Source: a virus (taxonomy: Duplodnaviria > Caudoviricetes). Taken from it: a stretch of 31,804 bases of DNA. Of this stretch, positions 26,124 to 31,804 are shown in pieces. Within the stretch, counting starts at the first letter, position 1. Each line of letters opens with the position of its first letter. The stretch is taken from the IMG/VR virus record IMGVR_UViG_3300016482_000012, positions 1-31,804 of that record; one strand, written 5' to 3'. The notes beneath the pieces are model-generated. The model was given only the letters and a program-made list of their open reading frames with translations, searched no databases and was not told the DNA's origin. A program made the translations under genes and the position numbers.

Positions 26124-28514
26124 TTATTGTTCCTGGCCGGTCATGGGCACAGTCGTCAGGTTGTTACCGGATGCCGGTGCGGGCTCCGGTATCAATGTGG
26201 GTAGCGGTTCGGCTGCGCCACCACCCAATTGATCGATGCGTGCCTGCAGCGATTCAATGGTTTTATTGCTGGCGGCGGCAATTTCGGCAATGCGCTCTTT
26301 GGTGTCGGCATTGATGCGGGCAATTTCCAGCTTGGTGTCGCTGTCACGCTTCAAGGCAAGCGTCCGGTCAGCCAGTTCCGACTGTGCGGCGCGCAGCTGT
26401 TCGGTCACGCGCTCCAAGGCAGCATCGGCCTGACGGCGAATCTGGTTGACGGCATCGCCACCCCCGGCCGCACCACTGGCGCCACCGGCTTCGCTCTCGA
26501 ACTTGGCGGCACGGGCGTTAATCTCGCGAATCTTGGCGCGCTGTTCTTCCAGGGCGTTAATGGCGGTCTGCCGCTGCATCTCCATCGACTCGGCCTGCAT
26601 CTGCATTTGCTGCTGCTGGCTGGCGGCTTCTTCCGGCGTCAGCGGCTTACTCGGGTCACGCTGTCCGGTCAGTTGGCGAATCTGGTCAGCGATCAAATCC
26701 TTGTTCGGCAGATCGGAGAACTCCATCGAAATCACCATCAGGCGCAACGCCACCTCGGGCGGCAAGCGGCTGGCCAGCCCATTCAGGCTGTCGAACATGA
26801 CCTGGCGCAGCGTGCCGGCATAGTCCTGCTCGGACACAATGAAATCAGCCTGACTGGCGGTAATATCATTGAGGAAACGGACACTGCCATCGGGCTGCAA
26901 TTCCGGCTGGTTGATGTTGATCCATTCCAGCGCGCCCTTCTCACCAGACAGGCGAATCACCTTTTCCTCGGTATAGAACTGTTCGACCAGACTCAGCTGC
27001 TTTTCGCCTTGAATCTGGACGGCCAGACGCAGATTGTCGAAGGGTTCCGTAGTCACGACGCTGCCCTGCAGCTGGCGCGCTTTGATCGCCTCACCAGAAA
27101 CGGCATTCGTCTGGCGCCCCAGATTCTCATTCGAGACGCCGGCGGCTTTCTGGATGCTGTTCGCGGCCAGCGTCATCATCTGAATTTGGCCGGTCGCGGC
27201 ATCGGTATCCCGGCGCAGCGTGAAGTCTGATCCTTGCTTCTTCTTGATCACGCCATCCGGGCGGTCGGCTTCGTCTCGTGCCTCGTTCCAGTCATCAACT
27301 GCATTGGCATCGGCGATGATCTGGTTCGTGTTGAGCATGAACAGGGCTTTGGAGGCGCGCTTGTTTAAGTCCATCTGCATATCGCGCACCCGGCGAATCA
27401 CGCCATACGGCAGGCGGTCACGGCCACGGCGATAGCACCAGATCGGTGTCAGGCTGAATCGGTTATGGCGCAGGATGCTCTCGCCCATACCCAACAGATC
27501 AGACTCGGTAAACACCACCCAATGAACGCGCATCATCACTTTTTCAACGATGGAATGCCCGTTGGCGGCAATCAGCTGCACCAGATTGGCATCGCGATCA
27601 CCGAGAATGGCGCCACGCATCGGGCCGTCGGCCACGATCCTGACGCGCACCGGCTTGCGGTACTGGCCTTCAATCAGACGAATGCGGCGGCGCTTGGCAT
27701 CAGCCAGCGTACCAACGCCCGTGGCGTAGATATAGCCACTGCGCACCGACTGCGCATCGGCCGGCGAACGCCAGGTATCTTCTTCCCAGCCATCGGCCTG
27801 ATACTGGGTCGCTTCTTCAACCCCGGAACGCACCTGAGACTGGCGGTTGGGGAACATCGCCAGCGCCACATCCTCGTCAACCCATTTCCAGCGGAACACA
27901 TAGCGGGCATCCGACAGATCGTAGTTGTAGCAGGACGAATCCCACAGCACATTGCGCCAGTCTTCATGCTTCGAGTAGATGATGTCTTGCGTTGGGTCAT
28001 CCCGTACGCCATCATCCAGCCAGCCAATCCCCACCTTGACGGCATCGGCAAAGGCACGTGAACGCTCAAAGGTGCAGCGGTTGATGTCGGAGACGTATTT
28101 CAGTACCTTCGTCTTGACGTCGGCCAGTTGCACGTCGTCTTCGGTACGCGGCAATACCTTCCAATCAACCCGGCTGCGGCGCTCGGTGCCAATCAGCCAG
28201 TCCACCATCGGGGCAATCTCGTTGTACACCAGCGGCATCTGGCCGCGCTCATGCAGCGCCGCGATGTCGTCGGGGTCCCACTGCAGGTTGTCGTAGAAAT
28301 CGGCATCCATCGCCATTTCCAGACGGTTAAGTGATTGCTTCTCACGCTCGTAGTAGAACCATTCCAGCAGCTGGCGGTGCGTATCTTTAGCGTCCTGCGT
28401 TTCCAGCGGGTCTACGGCCGGATGCTCGGGCGTCATCTCGGTAGACGCTGCCTGACGGCGGAAATAGTCATCACCCGGCGCGTTATGGTTCGCGCGAACA
28501 TCGAAGTCAGCCAT
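26124..28514 (-). CDS. Portal protein (P22-like, long C-terminal barrel), ~796 aa
   Basis: DFYDNLQW, RGQMPLVYNEI, LGRQTNAVSGEAIKARQ.QG and a Gln-rich helical C-terminus. It follows the terminase. Start is probably MADFDV (28514). Confidence 0.92.
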   Translation of the reverse strand: MADFDVRANHNAPGDDYFRRQAASTEMTPEHPAVDPLETQDAKDTHRQLLEWFYYEREKQSLNRLEMAMDADFYDNLQWDPDDIAALHERGQMPLVYNEIAPMVDWLIGTERRSRVDWKVLPRTEDDVQLADVKTKVLKYVSDINRCTFERSRAFADAVKVGIGWLDDGVRDDPTQDIIYSKHEDWRNVLWDSSCYNYDLSDARYVFRWKWVDEDVALAMFPNRQSQVRSGVEEATQYQADGWEEDTWRSPADAQSVRSGYIYATGVGTLADAKRRRIRLIEGQYRKPVRVRIVADGPMRGAILGDRDANLVQLIAANGHSIVEKVMMRVHWVVFTESDLLGMGESILRHNRFSLTPIWCYRRGRDRLPYGVIRRVRDMQMDLNKRASKALFMLNTNQIIADANAVDDWNEARDEADRPDGVIKKKQGSDFTLRRDTDAATGQIQMMTLAANSIQKAAGVSNENLGRQTNAVSGEAIKARQLQGSVVTTEPFDNLRLAVQIQGEKQLSLVEQFYTEEKVIRLSGEKGALEWININQPELQPDGSVRFLNDITASQADFIVSEQDYAGTLRQVMFDSLNGLASRLPPEVALRLMVISMEFSDLPNKDLIADQIRQLTGQRDPSKPLTPEEAASQQQQMQMQAESMEMQRQTAINALEEQRAKIREINARAAKFESEAGGASGAAGGGDAVNQIRRQADAALERVTEQLRAAQSELADRTLALKRDSDTKLEIARINADTKERIAEIAAASNKTIESLQARIDQLGGGAAEPLPTLIPEPAPASGNNLTTVPMTGQEQ

Positions 28515-28923
28515 AGCTTGCGCCATCCTTTTCAAGCTTGATCGACTCGCTGGCAACGATATTGCCGTCGGCTTTCAGCATGAGTTCGCCAAAACTGGTC
28601 TTGTGGAATTCTTTCGCGGGCTCCGTCGGCATCCGGATCAGATCGGGCAAGCCTTCATTGATGATGCTGCCGATACGTGACCAGTTGGCCGTACTTGGTT
28701 CAATGCCAAGCACATTGCAGGCCACCGGACACTGGCGCGCCAGATAGCGCACGTCGTCGTATTTGTAGGCCGCTGATTCCAGAACGATGTACCACGGCGC
28801 CTTATGGCGGTAGGCCGGCAACAGAATCATTGCCCGTTCGTCATTCACCCAGGAAAAAATAACCAGAATGTCGCCATGCTGGCGGGTCAAATGCGCCTTG
28901 CTGATGTCGATGGATGCGCCCAC
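28507..28923 (-). CDS. Hypothetical protein between terminase and portal (~138 aa)
   Basis: Probable GTG start at 28923 (GASIDISKAHL...); the stop overlaps the portal start. Confidence 0.7.
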   Translation of the reverse strand: MGASIDISKAHLTRQHGDILVIFSWVNDERAMILLPAYRHKAPWYIVLESAAYKYDDVRYLARQCPVACNVLGIEPSTANWSRIGSIINEGLPDLIRMPTEPAKEFHKTSFGELMLKADGNIVASESIKLEKDGASYG

Positions 28924-28957
28924 GGAAACCCCGAATCGTCGAAAATTTCCGCAAAAA

Positions 28958-28973
28958 TGCCATGCTTGCCACG
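28958..28973 (-). promoter_or_regulatory. 16-bp motif, copy 5 (upstream of portal block)
   Basis: Exact copy between the terL stop and the GTG at 28923. Confidence 0.75.
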
Positions 28974-28995
28974 ACAATCAGGCAGTTTTACCAGG

Positions 28996-30618
28996 CTATA
29001 CCGCCATCCCTGACCGACGCCGACGCAGTGGCCGCGCCTGATTGGGCACGTTGACATTGCCCGCCGTCAGGAACTGATTGCCCGATTGAAACTCCTGGCC
29101 GAACTGGCGGAAGGCATCGGCGCCGTGGCTGTTGATGTCGTGCAGCGGCTCGTCGCGCCAGCAGCCACGGTTCTTGTCCCACATCTTGCGGTAGTTGCCG
29201 AGACGCGCAAGGCCGACCGAACAACCCTCTTCGCTGAACCAGCACGTACCAAACGCACTGCGTGTGGCCTGAATCCCGGCGTTGATGTTCGAGACAACGG
29301 GAATCACCTCGAACCGGTGACCCGGCAGCAGCCTTTCCAGTATTTCCTTGAGCGTGAAATTGGTGTCGCGGTTCATGCCAAGCCGACGATAGTTGGCGTC
29401 ATGCGGCAGGAAGTGCGTACCAAAGACGTAGCCCGTTTTCTGCAGGTAATCGGCGAAGTGATCCAGATCCTCGCCACTTTCCTCGTAGTAGCGGATGAAC
29501 CGGTTCTCCATGGCGATACGCTGGTGAAACCAGATTGATGTCATATCGCCGCGCCCCAAGTCCCAGAATGTATTGACAGGCACGGACTCGGCCGGAATGA
29601 CCGGCACAATGCGTCCGGTCTTGCGGGCATCAGCCATCTGGTTGGCGTAGTAGCAGCCATCCGTCGAAACCTGAAACGCCTCTTCGGGAAACGACGGGTA
29701 TTCCTGCCACATCAACGGGGCTTCGCCGTTGAAGTCGCTGCGCAGCGTCGTGACGTACCACGCCTTCTGGCCGTCCGTGAGTTTCCGCTTGATCTTGCCT
29801 TCGACGTGGTGGAAATACTTGTTGTCAGCCTCGGTCAGCACAATGCCGTCGGGATCCAGCGTGTATTCGGGTGCTTCCCACCAGGCGAAGAAGTGAAACC
29901 GGTAATCCTTCTTCGTCAGCGTAATGTCGGCATTGGCGGCAATCTGTTCATCCAGCGCCTTGGCGCGCATGGTCTTCTTGTAGAAATCGCCGTCCTGCCC
30001 TTCCGCCGTGGACTCGATCACCAGAATGCCATTGGCAGGCACCGCCGGAATCGAACCGGTCACCACTTCTTTGGCTTTGTGCGGATACTGCTTGCAGATT
30101 TTCCCGTACTCGGAGATATGCAGCCGGTGAATCGTGCCGGAACGAACCGATGTCGCCACCTTGATGTTCGAGTTGTTGTGGGCAAACTCAATCTCGCTGG
30201 TCGTGCATTTCAGCAGCGGGAATTCCGCCTTGAGCGACTCCGGAAGATTGTCGTAGGCGAACTTGATCTTGGTGCGGAATATCTTTTCCGCTGCGCCTTT
30301 ATCCTGGGCGATGATGCCCAGCTGCATTGGACTCTTGGCAAACAGCGCCGTGTCCAGCCAGAGGATGCAGATCAGCGTGGTAAACCCCAGCTGCCGCGCC
30401 TTGAGGATAATGTTCCGGTGCCACAGGCGCGCCATCAGTCGGCGCTGGGCGCGGTTCGGTTTGAACTGAATAACCAGCCCGTTATCTTCCTCGTCGCCTT
30501 CGTCGTCACCCTTGACGATGATCTTGTACAGATTACAGACCCGCCACATCGGGTCGTCAAGATTCGCCGCCAGCGTGGCGGCGTCAATCTCGACAGGATC
30601 GGCGATAACCGCGCCCAT
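28996..30618 (-). CDS. terL: Terminase large subunit (540 aa)
   Basis: Walker A KARQLGFTT, Walker B LHISE, coupling motif ESTAEG, and nuclease motifs FWDLG and SHGADA. Confidence 0.95.
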   Translation of the reverse strand: MGAVIADPVEIDAATLAANLDDPMWRVCNLYKIIVKGDDEGDEEDNGLVIQFKPNRAQRRLMARLWHRNIILKARQLGFTTLICILWLDTALFAKSPMQLGIIAQDKGAAEKIFRTKIKFAYDNLPESLKAEFPLLKCTTSEIEFAHNNSNIKVATSVRSGTIHRLHISEYGKICKQYPHKAKEVVTGSIPAVPANGILVIESTAEGQDGDFYKKTMRAKALDEQIAANADITLTKKDYRFHFFAWWEAPEYTLDPDGIVLTEADNKYFHHVEGKIKRKLTDGQKAWYVTTLRSDFNGEAPLMWQEYPSFPEEAFQVSTDGCYYANQMADARKTGRIVPVIPAESVPVNTFWDLGRGDMTSIWFHQRIAMENRFIRYYEESGEDLDHFADYLQKTGYVFGTHFLPHDANYRRLGMNRDTNFTLKEILERLLPGHRFEVIPVVSNINAGIQATRSAFGTCWFSEEGCSVGLARLGNYRKMWDKNRGCWRDEPLHDINSHGADAFRQFGQEFQSGNQFLTAGNVNVPNQARPLRRRRSGMAV

Positions 30619-30631
30619 AACCGCTGCTCCG

Positions 30632-30826
30632 TTACCCGTAGACCTGAATGGTGTCGCACTCCGAACAGAGGTGGCCGTACTTGGTCAGGTAGAACAGTCG
30701 GCATCCGCACTGGCACTCCCAGACTTCCAGCGGTTCATCGGAAGGCGGGGTCGTCGCCGTCTGGGTAGTTGGCGATTCGTACAGTTCCTTGGCCTGCTCA
30801 CGATCGATCTTGATGATATTGCCCAT
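30632..30826 (-). CDS. Small Cys-rich (zinc-ribbon-like) protein (64 aa)
   Basis: WECQCGC...CSEC and a GGAG RBS. Confidence 0.7.
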   Translation of the reverse strand: MGNIIKIDREQAKELYESPTTQTATTPPSDEPLEVWECQCGCRLFYLTKYGHLCSECDTIQVYG

Positions 30827-30829
30827 GGT

Positions 30830-31051
30830 TTACTCTCCGTCTTCGGTATAAAGCGTCCAATTCTTGGCGCGTTCCAGAAGGAACAGCGCCTCGGCGCGGG
30901 TCAGGCGTGACGACCGAACGGCCATATTGCCGTCGGCGTCATAGCCCACAATCAGTACATCGGTCAGATTCAGCGACTGCGCAGACGACAACGCCTGCTC
31001 GGGCGTCATCGTCACGGTCGCCGGAAAGTGAACAACCTTGTCGTTATTCAC
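30830..31051 (-). CDS. Hypothetical protein (~73 aa)
   Basis: Probable GTG start at 31051 with a GGAG RBS; DVLIVGYDADG...RSS.LTRAEALFLLE. Confidence 0.7.
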   Translation of the reverse strand: MNNDKVVHFPATVTMTPEQALSSAQSLNLTDVLIVGYDADGNMAVRSSRLTRAEALFLLERAKNWTLYTEDGE

Positions 31052-31580
31052 AGACGCTCCAATCCTCGGCCAGCACATCGGTCTGGCTGGCCAGCCATGG
31101 CACGACGCCACAATCCACCGTCTTCATGGCGATCCACGGCAGCAGGTGGTAATCCACCGGCATTTCACCGATACTGCCGCTCCATCTCGCGACCAGGCAT
31201 AGCCACATGCCTTTGCCATTCCATCCGGAACGGCTCACCCGCTTACCGGCTTTCAGGGCTTCGAGCGCAACGCCAAACGACATATTGCCCACCGGGCTAT
31301 AGCCTTCCTCAAAGGCTTTCGCCGGCGAGTACGATTGATAGCCGTCGTCATACACCACGAAATAGCCGCCCGGTTTCGGCTTGTGCTTGGTCATGTACTC
31401 CGCCGAAACCTCGAACGGCGCGCGGCTCGGGTCATCGGGAACCATTGTTGCGCCGTACGATTCGGCAGCTGATTGGCCGGACAAATCCGGGTTATCTTTG
31501 GGGATGACTTCGAGAATCTTCAACGCCCAGACATGCTTATGGCAGCGAAAACGTGGCAGGGTCTTGTGCTGAATCATCAC
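31044..31580 (-). CDS. Two-domain protein with C-terminal DUF2829 (Tad2-like anti-defence sponge family), 178 aa
   Basis: MSFGVALEALKAGKRVSRSGWNGKGMW...PWLASQTDVLAEDW is the DUF2829 pattern. The N-terminal domain ends GGYFVVYDDGYQSYSPAKAFEEGY. Confidence 0.82.
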   Translation of the reverse strand: MMIQHKTLPRFRCHKHVWALKILEVIPKDNPDLSGQSAAESYGATMVPDDPSRAPFEVSAEYMTKHKPKPGGYFVVYDDGYQSYSPAKAFEEGYSPVGNMSFGVALEALKAGKRVSRSGWNGKGMWLCLVARWSGSIGEMPVDYHLLPWIAMKTVDCGVVPWLASQTDVLAEDWSVCE

Positions 31581-31777
31581 CGGCCCCGCTTTCCAATACG
31601 GCCTTCGCGTGCCATGCGCGCCATCTTGGCGCCAGGCTTGCCGTTGTTTTGTTGAGTCTGTCCTTGGTTGTTGTACGGGTTGTCGTACGACATGCCGCCA
31701 AAACGTGGTGTGTACTGAACTGATAAACCAGCAGCCATCGCGGCGGCAACCGCCAATGAAGCACGATTCTTTTGCAT
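31577..31777 (-). CDS. Hypothetical protein (66 aa)
   Basis: AGGAG RBS and ATGA overlap with the next gene. Confidence 0.7.
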   Translation of the reverse strand: MQKNRASLAVAAAMAAGLSVQYTPRFGGMSYDNPYNNQGQTQQNNGKPGAKMARMAREGRIGKRGR

Positions 31778-31804
31778 TGCTCTCTCCTGTAGTTAACGCT
31801 GTGC

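Noticed and set aside
8400-28973. 16-bp repeats as CRISPR repeats, att sites or transposon ends
   Set aside because: The copies are kilobases apart, there are no regular spacers, and no integrase, transposase or cas gene is in the window.
30660-30720. CQCGC in the 64-aa ORF as another radical SAM substrate
   Set aside because: With the downstream CSEC it fits an ordinary zinc ribbon, and it is about 18 kb from the enzyme.
26229-30768. Long plus-strand ORFs opposite the portal and terminase genes (333 aa, 320 aa and others)
   Set aside because: They are antisense shadows of strongly codon-biased genes and carry no motifs.
1-31804. A second DGR target (additional VR)
   Set aside because: No further copy of the TR sequence was seen by eye. 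A BLASTN of TR against the whole genome would be needed to exclude remote targets.

Overview
The window is about 32 kb of the late (virion morphogenesis) region of a tailed dsDNA phage or prophage with podovirus-type architecture. Essentially every real gene is on the minus strand. Read right to left, it holds: small accessory genes (including a DUF2829/Tad2-like fusion), large terminase, portal, lysis cassette (holin, GH24 endolysin, nested Rz/Rz1 spanins), scaffold, CsrA-like gene, N4-gp56-type major capsid protein, and head/adaptor/fibre genes. Next comes a complete BPP-1-type diversity-generating retroelement: mtd with VR, hairpin, avd, TR and reverse transcriptase. TR and VR are 117 bp and differ at 8 positions, all TR adenines. 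After that come a tail protein, a GNAT acetyltransferase, a radical SAM/SPASM enzyme, two probable ejection proteins, and a >2788-aa polyvalent protein that runs off the left edge and is missing from the ORF track. The most novel candidate is the GNAT + radical SAM/SPASM pair, translationally coupled to a virion protein whose N-terminus looks like a leader plus a CDCAC core, suggesting RiPP-like maturation of a phage structural protein. Other notable signals are a 16-bp motif repeated five times upstream of late gene blocks, a CsrA-like gene directly before a capsid leader with CsrA-type GGA sites, a protein with 15 tryptophans at exact 14-residue spacing, and RBS-bearing ORFs nested in the giant gene. 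All family assignments are from motif recognition by eye; no searches were run.
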